A DNA stretch of 55,053 bases, taken from Bacteroidota bacterium. Lineage in GTDB: Bacteria > Bacteroidota > Bacteroidia > Chitinophagales > LD1. Every line of letters begins with the position of its first letter. Position 1 is the stretch's first letter. Below the pieces are notes generated by a model, which was given only the letters and a program-made list of their open reading frames with translations, had not been told where the DNA came from and did no database searches. The translations under genes were made by a program, and so were the position numbers. Location of the stretch: assembly GCA_025963485.1 (NCBI GenBank), contig JAOQAO010000187.1, positions 1 through 55,053 on the forward strand, given 5' to 3'. Shown piece after piece: positions 18,342-27,700 of the stretch.

Positions 18342-20243
18342 ATGAAACAAAATTTGCGATCGCTCCTGCTTGTACTTCTTTCAATAAGCATATCCACCAC
18401 CTACGGCCAGATTTATAGTTACACATCGAATACGACAGGTGCTTACAATAGCATAGCGACTAATACTACAGGAGTCGGCCTGACAAGACAAAACGGAGCT
18501 ACGGCACCCGGCTCACCCTGTAGTACCGGTTTTAGCAGCACTTCGTTTTCGGCTACGACCACATATGCTACGAGCCTGGGAGCAGTAGAAGCTGAAGTGA
18601 CCGCTGATGCGGGTTATGAGCTGCTCGTATCAGGCTTCAGTGCAGACCTCAGGCGCTCAGGTCAGGGACCTGCAAGTGTGAGGCTCGCATACAGCACAGA
18701 TGGCGGAGCCAGCTGGATAGATAAAGGATCAAACGATGCGCCTAACAATTCGGGCTGTGGATCGACCACCACTGCTTCCTGGTCGACCGGATTTATCGTG
18801 GGACCCAGTACCCCGTTAAAGTTTAGGGTATATGCTTTCAATGCTACAGGAGCAAGCGGAACTATGCAGATATTGAACATGGTCATAAATGGAACGGTCA
18901 CCGCTGCCAATACCATCACTACCACTGCAGCTACCTTCGGACCCTACTGCCAGAACACCACTAACACGATCTCTGTGCCTTTCACTTCTGTAGGCACATT
19001 CGCAGGTCAATTCTTTGTACAGCTATCAGACGCCTCGGGCGTTTTCCCTAATGATGCGACAAGCAACCTGATCAGTACAGGTACGACTACATCTCCGGCC
19101 AGTGCTACTATACCGTCGAGTACAGCGGCTGGAAGCGGATACAGAGTGCGCGTGGTCAACCAGAGTCCTACATTCTACGCATCCGGTGATAACGGCAGCA
19201 ATATCGTGATCAATCCGACAGTGGTGCCTGCTGTGACCATTACAGACTCTCCCACTGCGGTATGCCCCGGCAGTCCTATCAGGTTTTCTGTAGGTACATC
19301 TACCGGCGGTGGCGCTAATCCTACTTACCAGTGGTATGTGCAGGGTACATCATCAGGTACCGGCGTCAGCTATACTACCTCTGCCCTATCCAATAACGAT
19401 TCCGTATATGCAGTGCTGACCTCTACTGCGCTGTGCGCCTCTCCGACTACTGCGAAAAGCTACGCTATCCATGTTACCGTTTATTCTACTCAGACTACGG
19501 CGATCTATGATACTATCTGCCCCGGAGGTAGTTTAGTTTTCGGAGGTAATACACAGACTGCAACAGGAAGCTATACCGACCATCTCCAAACTATATATGG
19601 CTGCGATAGTGCAATCACTCTGCACCTCTTGGTCCGCAGTACGGTCAGAGACACTGCGACAGTGAATATCTGCCAGGGTAGTTCATTTACTTTTCATGGG
19701 ACGACATACTCTGCTGCCGGTGTGTACAGCGATACGCTGTCATGCGATAGTATCGGGTCTGTGCATCTGATAGTCAATCCTAAACCAACTGCTGTAGCCA
19801 GCCTCACTGGTGTTGCAAATTTGACTACTACGACTTTCAGCACCTATCAGTGGCTGCTAAATGGTGCTGCTGTGACTGGTGCTACGAGCCAGAACTATAC
19901 TGCCCTTCAAAACGGCAGCTATACTGTCGCCGTGAGCGACGTTAATGGTTGCACCGATACATCGGTAGCTGTGGCAGTGACACAGGTAGGTATCGGCAAT
20001 ATAAACCAGCTTAATGCGCGTATCTACCCCAGTCCGACAGAGGGCATTATCTACATAGATGCGGATGGATTGGGAAATGTAGATATCATAGATATGATAG
20101 GCAGGCCTGTATTGTCTACGGAAGCAGGAAAGACGGGCTCTCATATGCAGATAGACCTATCCCCTTTCTCCAAAGGAATATATACTGTGATCATGCATGG
20201 AGCGAATAATGCCATCAGCATAAAGAATATCACTAAGCAATAA
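18342..20243 (+). CDS. T9SS type-A cargo, Thr/Ser-rich with Ig-like repeats
   Basis: Signal peptide from ATG 18342; 'ICxGxS..F.G...G.Y.D.L....CDS' repeats; CTD 'IYPSPT.G...G.Y.V...K.I.K'. Confidence 0.85.
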   Translation: MKQNLRSLLLVLLSISISTTYGQIYSYTSNTTGAYNSIATNTTGVGLTRQNGATAPGSPCSTGFSSTSFSATTTYATSLGAVEAEVTADAGYELLVSGFSADLRRSGQGPASVRLAYSTDGGASWIDKGSNDAPNNSGCGSTTTASWSTGFIVGPSTPLKFRVYAFNATGASGTMQILNMVINGTVTAANTITTTAATFGPYCQNTTNTISVPFTSVGTFAGQFFVQLSDASGVFPNDATSNLISTGTTTSPASATIPSSTAAGSGYRVRVVNQSPTFYASGDNGSNIVINPTVVPAVTITDSPTAVCPGSPIRFSVGTSTGGGANPTYQWYVQGTSSGTGVSYTTSALSNNDSVYAVLTSTALCASPTTAKSYAIHVTVYSTQTTAIYDTICPGGSLVFGGNTQTATGSYTDHLQTIYGCDSAITLHLLVRSTVRDTATVNICQGSSFTFHGTTYSAAGVYSDTLSCDSIGSVHLIVNPKPTAVASLTGVANLTTTTFSTYQWLLNGAAVTGATSQNYTALQNGSYTVAVSDVNGCTDTSVAVAVTQVGIGNINQLNARIYPSPTEGIIYIDADGLGNVDIIDMIGRPVLSTEAGKTGSHMQIDLSPFSKGIYTVIMHGANNAISIKNITKQ

Positions 20244-20258
20244 ATCAATAGAACATTA

Positions 20259-20292
20259 AAATAGAAAAGGGGCTCAGGCCCCTTTTCTATTT
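20259..20292. terminator. Bidirectional intrinsic terminator
   Basis: Perfect 15-bp stem aaatagaaaaggggc-tcag-gccccttttctattt between convergent genes. Confidence 0.85.
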
Positions 20293-20313
20293 ATACTAAG
20301 TCGTAAAAACTGA

Positions 20314-20997
20314 CTACGATTCGTTATAAACCTTCACCACTGTCTCGCGGAGCATGCTGCCACTCTCAGTGAGTAGAAAAGCTATGACGTCCGCTATATT
20401 CTCCGCCGGGACCCATTTGTGGAAATCTGCGTCGGGCATGGACTGCCTGTTGGGAGGAGTGTCGATCGTGCTTGGAACGACGACGGATGCGTGAATATTC
20501 TTGTCTTTGCCTGTCTGATTGATGATCTCAGCCAGATGAAAAATGAGCGATTTGGACAGCGCATAGGCTACAGCCTGCTTGCCCTGACTGGCCTGTAGTG
20601 CCGGGCGCGCTCCTATGAGTATGATCTGCCCTCCCCCTTTCTTCTCGAAATGCTCGAATAGCGGTTTTGCCATGGAGAAAGCGGTGTAAAAATTGAGGCG
20701 GATCATTTTGTCCAGTGCGCCCAGATTGGTCTCTGTAAGGGAGCCCATAGCAAAACCACCTACCAACAATATCCCTGCATGCACGTCATCTCCTGAATCA
20801 AATATCTCATCTACATATACGGCGCAATCATGTTCGTCAAACAGGTCTACTATCTTGGCGTGGATACGCTCATCTGCGGGAGCCTTTTCATTAGGCACGA
20901 GTGTCGTGTATAAGTGGTATCCGTCAGCTAATAGCTTCCGGGTCACGGCTCCGCCCAGATTGCCGGTAGCGCCGGTGATAAGGATCGATTTAGTCAT
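20314..20997 (-). CDS. Short-chain dehydrogenase/reductase
   Basis: TGATGNLG Rossmann motif, YALSK catalytic motif, PSTIDTP. Confidence 0.9.
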   Translation of the reverse strand: MTKSILITGATGNLGGAVTRKLLADGYHLYTTLVPNEKAPADERIHAKIVDLFDEHDCAVYVDEIFDSGDDVHAGILLVGGFAMGSLTETNLGALDKMIRLNFYTAFSMAKPLFEHFEKKGGGQIILIGARPALQASQGKQAVAYALSKSLIFHLAEIINQTGKDKNIHASVVVPSTIDTPPNRQSMPDADFHKWVPAENIADVIAFLLTESGSMLRETVVKVYNES

Positions 20998-21069
20998 TTG
21001 TCAGGGTTTTTATTGGGTTGAATATAGCATAAATAGAAATGGGTTTCAATTTCTTGAAACCCATCTGCG

Positions 21070-21151
21070 TACCCCAGGAGGGAATCGAACCCCCACGCCT
21101 TTCGGCACTCGATTTTGAGTCGAGCGCGTCTACCAATTCCGCCACTAGGGC
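21070..21151 (-). tRNA. tRNA-Leu(CAA)
   Basis: GCCCTAGTGGCGGAATTGGTAGACGCG; anticodon arm CTCGA-CT-CAA-AA-TCGAG; long variable arm; GGTTCGATTCC T-loop; CCA not encoded. Confidence 0.95.
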
Positions 21152-21157
21152 CTGCAT

Positions 21158-21192
21158 AATTGACAATTGATAATTTACAATTGACAATTTTG
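21158..21192. repeat. Tandem heptamer repeat in the tRNA leader
   Basis: aattgac aattgat aatttac aattgac aattttg. Confidence 0.6.
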
Positions 21193-21207
21193 AAAGACAA
21201 CGGACTG

Positions 21208-21215
21208 CAAAAATA
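21208..21215 (-). promoter_or_regulatory. -7 promoter element for tRNA-Leu
   Basis: TATTTTTG followed by CAG on the minus strand, matching TAnnTTTG. Confidence 0.55.
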
Positions 21216-21285
21216 GTTTTTTTGGTGGGGTATACAATATCAGCCGCAGTGAGAAGGCAGCCAGCGATAGCCAAGTGGCCGAAAT

Positions 21286-21319
21286 AAAAAAGCCGTCCCG
21301 GTTGAAAAGGACGGCTTTT
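21286..21319 (-). terminator. Intrinsic terminator after the OmpA gene
   Basis: Stem aaaagccgtcc...ggacggctttt with a T-run on the minus strand. Confidence 0.8.
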
Positions 21320-21339
21320 GAATAATATTAACTGACAGC

Positions 21340-23541
21340 TTATTTCTTAGCTGGTTCTGTCTTTTTAGCTGGCTCGGCCTTCTTAGCTGGCTCTGCTTTG
21401 GCCGGAGCTGCTTCTTTCTTAGCTGGAGCGGTTTCCTTCTTGGCTGGCTCAGCTTTCTTAGCGCCAGGCTTCTTGTCAAATCCAGGACCGGTCTTGGTAG
21501 CATCTATAGGTGTACCTGCTTCGTATTCGATAGAAGGTGCATTCTCAGGCTTGTCAGGTATGATCTTGAACTCTACACGCCTGTTTTGAGCGCGTGCCTC
21601 AGGATCGTCCTGTCCGTCCTTCTCGTTAGGGAGGATAGGCTGAGACTCACCCATTGCTTTGGTCATTATCCTTTCTTTAGCGATGCCCTTAGCTGCGAGG
21701 TAGTCTTTCGCCTCATCAGCACGCCTTTGAGATAGCTTCACGTTATATTCGTCAGTTCCTTTGCTATCAGTGTGGCCTTGTACCTCTACACTGTATCCGG
21801 CATTCTGCATGAGGACACTCACTACAGAGTCCATTTTTTCCCTGTAGTAGTCTATCACACTAGACTTGTCAAACTCGAAGTAGATGTTTTCGATCTTCAC
21901 CTTTATCCTGATGATCGGATCCATCAGGAATACCTGATAGATTGTATCACGCTCTTCATCTTCCTTGATATTGATATTCTCTACAGAAGGCCAGTGCCCG
22001 TCTTTGTTGCCATTGATCTTATAAGATTGTCCACGCTTCAATGTAAAGTAGAATGGAGTCTTAGTAGTCACTACATTGCTCATGAACTCAAAGTTATTGG
22101 CCTGAACATGATACATGGACGCATCAACACCTTCGAGAGGTTTTTTGTCAGGATCTGTGCGCAGTGCAAAAGTACCTGCGATGACAATATCTTCCCTCAC
22201 CGCGATGCTCCAGATATCATCACTGGCAGTCTCACCACGGATAGTCTTGGTACCTGCCCTGTTTGATACGATATATCCTTTCTTTCCAGACTCGTCGAGT
22301 ACGAAATAGATATCATCTGCAGAAGAGTTGACCGGTGCTCCGATATTGTATGGGGTGCCCCATGCCTCAGGATATCCTGCTACCTTGTAGATATCTATAC
22401 CACCCAGGCTTGGTCTGCCATCAGAGCCGAAATAGAGGGTCTTAGATTTCATTTCATAGAACGGAGTCCACTCATCACCAGGTGTATTGACTTCCGCACC
22501 TGCATTCTTGATAGGGCCGAATTTGCCATTGTCCAGCAGCGGAGCATAGAATATATCCATGCCGCCTTTGCCTGCCCTGTCAGATACGAAGTAGAGAATA
22601 GCCTTGCCATCTTTATCTACACCGAAAGCCGGCTGCGTGGTCGTAGCTGTCTCAGAGTTAAGCTCCTTGACCTCTACTGCATTGTTCCATTCAGCGCCAT
22701 TCTTTTCTGTCTTGAATATCTTGCATTTGCCGCGAACCTGCAGCGTCTGGTCGCACTTAGTGAAATACATGGTCTTCTCATCATCAGAGAGTATTGCATT
22801 ACCTACGTGATTTTTAGAATCATTGGGTGGGTAAGGGAGCTTTACGTCTTCTACCCATTCTTTACCTTGTTTTTTGGCGCTGTAGATCTTGGTGTAGTAG
22901 TCGCCTGTATTTTTGGTAACGTCGATAGCAGTATCAGACTTCAATGAACCATAAATAATCCTGCCGCCTTTGAGAGGCTTAGGAGAGAGCTCTGTCAAAA
23001 CTCCGTTGATCGAGCCACCTTCGTGGTCTACACGGATCCTGTTTGGATTGGCGAGCCAAACCACGGCAGAATCGCAACCCTCGATACCAACCTTAGCCAG
23101 TGATTTGTAGCTCTTGTCGTTTTTGCCCAGCTCGGATTTCAGGTATTCCTGAAGCACTTTTTTAGCTTCATCATACTTTCCGTTCATCTTGAGCATCTGC
23201 CCGAGAAAATATTTATCATTTGGCCACTTGGTAGCATCTTTATCCAGCTCCACCTTGTAGAATTTCTCAGCAGCTTTGTAGTCGCGAAGCGCCTGATTGA
23301 GTTCTGCGAGTTTGTGGATGACTTTCATATCATCCGGCTTGTCCTTGAGCACATCCTCATAGTACTCCACGGCGTTGTAGTAACTGCCATCCTTGACCAG
23401 CTGCTCGGCTAGTTTCTTTTTCTTTCGAGGCTTGAGTTTCGGATACTTCCTCACCTCCTGGCGGTTCTTGCTATCCGCTTCCTGAGCCTGCACTGACAGG
23501 ACCAAGGAGAACAATAATACTGCTGCTATAAGTTTTTTCAT
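21340..23541 (-). CDS. PorE-like OmpA-family protein (TPR + PD40/WD40 propeller + carboxypeptidase-regulatory-like + OmpA_C) with a PAKK-repeat tail
   Basis: TPR N-terminus; LYFVSDR.G.GG.DI, LYFGSDG and YIVSNR blades; IYFEFDKS, GHTDSKG...N.KLSQRRA, NRRVEF; directly downstream of porP/sprF. Confidence 0.9.
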   Translation of the reverse strand: MKKLIAAVLLFSLVLSVQAQEADSKNRQEVRKYPKLKPRKKKKLAEQLVKDGSYYNAVEYYEDVLKDKPDDMKVIHKLAELNQALRDYKAAEKFYKVELDKDATKWPNDKYFLGQMLKMNGKYDEAKKVLQEYLKSELGKNDKSYKSLAKVGIEGCDSAVVWLANPNRIRVDHEGGSINGVLTELSPKPLKGGRIIYGSLKSDTAIDVTKNTGDYYTKIYSAKKQGKEWVEDVKLPYPPNDSKNHVGNAILSDDEKTMYFTKCDQTLQVRGKCKIFKTEKNGAEWNNAVEVKELNSETATTTQPAFGVDKDGKAILYFVSDRAGKGGMDIFYAPLLDNGKFGPIKNAGAEVNTPGDEWTPFYEMKSKTLYFGSDGRPSLGGIDIYKVAGYPEAWGTPYNIGAPVNSSADDIYFVLDESGKKGYIVSNRAGTKTIRGETASDDIWSIAVREDIVIAGTFALRTDPDKKPLEGVDASMYHVQANNFEFMSNVVTTKTPFYFTLKRGQSYKINGNKDGHWPSVENINIKEDEERDTIYQVFLMDPIIRIKVKIENIYFEFDKSSVIDYYREKMDSVVSVLMQNAGYSVEVQGHTDSKGTDEYNVKLSQRRADEAKDYLAAKGIAKERIMTKAMGESQPILPNEKDGQDDPEARAQNRRVEFKIIPDKPENAPSIEYEAGTPIDATKTGPGFDKKPGAKKAEPAKKETAPAKKEAAPAKAEPAKKAEPAKKTEPAKK

Positions 23542-23596
23542 GACTTAGGTCTGGATACTTTTAAGGGTTGATAATTATATAGTTGATGGTTTGGTA

Positions 23597-24724
23597 TTAA
23601 TATCTTGGGTTAAACAACCAGTGATTCTCTTTTGGTGGTTTAGAGCCAAATCCGATGTAGCTGAGCGCAAGTTCATATGCTTGCGGCCTGTATATGCCCG
23701 GTACTCCGTGAGCATCTTTGCCCATGTTGCCGAGGGTGATGTCATAAGCAAAACCAAGACGGAAGTTATTATATTCCGCGCCAATTTTTGGAGTAATGTT
23801 ACGATATTGGAAAGCGGAGCCTACATCATTGCCCATACGATTCCACAGTCCGAGGAATATAGTTGCTTTTTTCCTCTTGCCGTCAGTTTCTTTATTGACG
23901 ATGACATATCCGGCTGTGACACCTGCATCAGCTTCGTTTGCTTTTGCCTCATTCTGATAGAGGAAGCCAGGAATGATCACCCACTTCTGCCCTACTTCAA
24001 ACTCAAAGCCACCATGCACTGCATGACGGAAAGGCAGTTTGCCATCTTTGCTGCTGCTGAGTACTGCTGTCTGCGGGCGAGCTACGTTTGACATGGAGTA
24101 GCCTACATAGAAGGTCAGCCAATTCAATGGTTTAGTATTGAAAAACAGGCCGTAGTCGAAATTGAAATAATTCTTTTTCAGGCTGGCGACTTTCTCATTA
24201 TTCGGACTTGCTGTATTGTACGTCAGGTCTGATGTATTGAAAGCATCCGGAAATTCATAGCTACCGTTGCTATTCTTGAGCGTATAGCTCGGCTGCAATC
24301 CGATAGAGATCTGTGTGGTTTTATTTCTATCCAGATTGAGTGTATAGCCTAATGAAAGGCCGATAGTGGTCGTATTGATCTTGCCACCTGTACTTGCACC
24401 TGAAGTAGCATCAGTGCCTGATACATTCTGCGCATCATTTACGACTACGAGGCCTACACCGAGTGCATTGCCATTCATTTTGTCTTTGAGCAGAGAGAAA
24501 TCCACCGATATCCCCGGTGTTCGGAATAAAGAGTTGCTTTGGTTCATCCCGTAGTATTGGCCACGATAAATGGCATTGATACGGTACAATCCGTCAAACT
24601 TGCCCGTAAGGGCAGGGTTGAGTGTCTGAGGACTAGCATAATACTGTGAAAAGTGGATGTCTTGTGACCTCACAGCAAGACCAATCATCATAAAAGCGGC
24701 TATCGCATAAAGTTTTGATCTCAT
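23597..24724 (-). CDS. porP: PorP/SprF-family T9SS outer-membrane protein
   Basis: QDIHFSQYY..P..LNPALTG...YR.Q N-terminus and GFAYD.T...YEL.LSY C-terminus. Symbol is a family-level call. Confidence 0.88.
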   Translation of the reverse strand: MRSKLYAIAAFMMIGLAVRSQDIHFSQYYASPQTLNPALTGKFDGLYRINAIYRGQYYGMNQSNSLFRTPGISVDFSLLKDKMNGNALGVGLVVVNDAQNVSGTDATSGASTGGKINTTTIGLSLGYTLNLDRNKTTQISIGLQPSYTLKNSNGSYEFPDAFNTSDLTYNTASPNNEKVASLKKNYFNFDYGLFFNTKPLNWLTFYVGYSMSNVARPQTAVLSSSKDGKLPFRHAVHGGFEFEVGQKWVIIPGFLYQNEAKANEADAGVTAGYVIVNKETDGKRKKATIFLGLWNRMGNDVGSAFQYRNITPKIGAEYNNFRLGFAYDITLGNMGKDAHGVPGIYRPQAYELALSYIGFGSKPPKENHWLFNPRY

Positions 24725-24792
24725 ATTTTACCTAATTTAATCTGTTTGATCTGCGCTCGAATATCTAAATTTTTACTAAAAGCGACAAATAA

Positions 24793-27700
24793 TTATCTAA
24801 ACAATTGAAAACTTCCTTCGGATGACTGCGTGATCCTCTTTCCTGCATCACTTGGGTCAGGGAATTCTACAGTCACAAAATAAGTATATGTATCGGTCGC
24901 TTGTGCGTTTCCGCCGAAGCTTCCATTCCATCCCGGTGCATTCGGATTATCATACACCAGTTGTCCCCACCTGTTGTATACCCTGAAGGCTTTTACTGTG
25001 GTACCCAAAGATGTAACGGGGAACATTAGATCATTCTTTCCGTCACCGTTTGGTGTGAAAGCAGTAGCCATCCTGAATCCACTGTGATTGATAATATACA
25101 CTATAACAGCCGATGTGTCCGCACATTGACTGGCATTGTCCTTAGCTGCCAGATAGAATGTATCTATCGGCTGCTGTCCTGCAGATGTGCCTTTGGTACT
25201 AGGATAGGTCGGTGTAGTAAGTGAGTCGGATGGATACCAACTATATGTAACGCCGGCTCCATGCTGTGGTGAATCCAGCAACAGGAATGTCTGTCCTACA
25301 AATGCTGTATCCGGTTCTGCGACGGCATGTACTTTGAAACAAGTGATATTGACTACTTTGTCGGCAGTGGCAGTACATCCGTTAGCATCAGTGACTGTCA
25401 CACTATAAACCTGGCTGCCTGCTGAATCTACAATGAATGAAGAACCTGTACTGCCATCAGACCATACGTAAGTAATACCTGTCGGTGGCGTGACTACCGG
25501 AGTTAGTGTATCATGAGGATCACAGCTGCACTCTGTGATAGGCGTTCCTAATCCCGCTAATGGGCTCACGGCCCCTGTCAATACCAGCGGAATACTATCA
25601 GGACATCCCTGTGATGCAATGATCTCATATGTACCCGGAGTCGATGTAATGAAAGTATCGCCCGTAGCTACCTGCGCTCCATTCATCGTCCACACGACCG
25701 GTACACCGGAAGGTACGGTAGTCACAACGATCATGTCCGTATCAGTAGTACAGATAGGATTTTTGAAAGGTCCTAATGTAATAGACGGTGGTATAGAAAC
25801 CACAACTATAGCAGTATCTGAGAACCTGTAGCAATTGTTCGCGTCACTGGCGGTATAAGAGTAGCTGCCGGATGTGGTCACTGGCAAAGACTGCAGGGAT
25901 CCGCCGGAAGGCGACCAGTTGTAAGCGTTGAATCCCTGATCTACATCCAGCGTCACATTGCCCCCTGTACAGAATGCCAATGGCCCGCTAGCCGTGACAT
26001 GCAGTATCGGATGCGCAAAAGAATCTATCGTGATCGTATCTGTGTAGAAAAAGCAAGTAGTCACAGCATCCTGCAGGCGCAAAACATAAGAAGACAATGG
26101 GAATGCTGTAAGCGTAGGTGCTGTGGAGACAGGCGATGAATTGCCCGGTATATACCACTCGTAAGACGTATAAGATCCTGCAATACTCAGATGCACTGAA
26201 TCGGTATAGCATATCGAAGTATCACGTCCCAAAGTAAGATTTGGATAAGGATAGGTATATACGGTGATCGAGTCATGCACACGGCAGCCATTGGTATCTA
26301 CTGCATCGACAAAGAATGTGCTGGTATCATTTACTGTAGCAACAGGATTGCTGATAGTGGCACTGGACAGAACCGGAGGTCCCGGGGTCCAAAGGTAGCT
26401 GACAACAGAATCCGTAGTCGTGAATGCCAACTGTGAATTGGAACCTGCGCAAGTGATAGAAGGAGTGGCTGTCAATGTATGCAGGAATGATCCTACACGC
26501 ACATGTGCTGTATCTCTCACGACACATATCTCAGGGTTGGTAAACTTATTGATAGTAAGCGCCACATTGGCGATATAATCTACGGAAGATACCGGAGTCG
26601 CTATTGGGTTGACAATAGATGAGTCACTCAGATTGCTATACGGTGGTGTCCACAGTACACTATTTATCACTACACTAGATCCATTCTGCGGCGTGAGTCT
26701 CCAACCCTCGGGGGTAGTGACGCCATATGGCTGAGCATTATGCCCGGGCACGGCGACACCTACACCGGTACCTTGCTTGATACCTGTAGTATGGTTGGTA
26801 GCTGAGTAGTTGCTATTTTGCAGCATTAGCTCAATAATGCCTGAACCTTCATACATGTGAATCTCTCCCGTAGTCGTAAATCCTCCCGAATAACTCTGCA
26901 ATGCACTGTACTTAACTACCAATATCCTATTGGGCGCGGTACCTGAAATGAAATAAGTGACAGTATTATTGCTACTGACTACATAATCGCCGGCCATCAG
27001 TGCGATCTCATCCATAGGATTATTGAAAGCAGCTGTAGGCGGGAATGCCTGGGCCACATATTGCAATGTACCCGTAGTGGCAGGATATGGATTCACCAGG
27101 CTGATCCATGCATTGGTATTGACCCAAAACTGGTTGAATGTCTGGCAATAAAAAGTGAATGGGAAGCCGATATTAAATGGTCCTGCTACACCGTCATCTG
27201 TGCTTTGGAAACCACCAGAGCCCAGGAATGAGGAAGTAGGGATACTAATAGGCGTACCCGAAACAGATGCATAAGGAACTGAAGCGATGATATAGTTAGG
27301 CAAGCATACTGAAGGTGGCGGATTGGTCAGCGCTACATTGAGCTGTATGGTATCCCTCGTACACAGTGATGTATCAGGAGTCGCATTGATAGCGAGGTAC
27401 GGATTGATAGTGACCCTGCCTACAGAATCATTGATACAGCCATTGTCATTCACTGTCAGCCTGTATGTACTGTCTGAAGTAACAACAACCTGCGTGGTAG
27501 GGCATGTATCGCAGAGCAATGTATGCGGTGTCCACTGGTATGTCAGTATATTAGGTGCACAAGTACCAAATCTGACATTTGGCCTTTGCGCAGAGTATGT
27601 AGTAGCATTGAGAGCGCAGCCACTCACAAAGGATGAATTGGAGCGCGCATAAGCTACAGAGCCGGCATATGAAGTAGTAGTATATAATACATTGTCACTA

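Noticed and set aside
21070-21151. tRNA-Leu as an integration site for the adhesin locus or the ATPase insert
   Set aside because: No integrase and no duplicated tRNA 3' end seen in the window; the flanking genes have host-like composition.
20990-21274. Short ORFs across the tRNA region
   Set aside because: They overlap tRNA-Leu, its promoter and the heptamer repeat.
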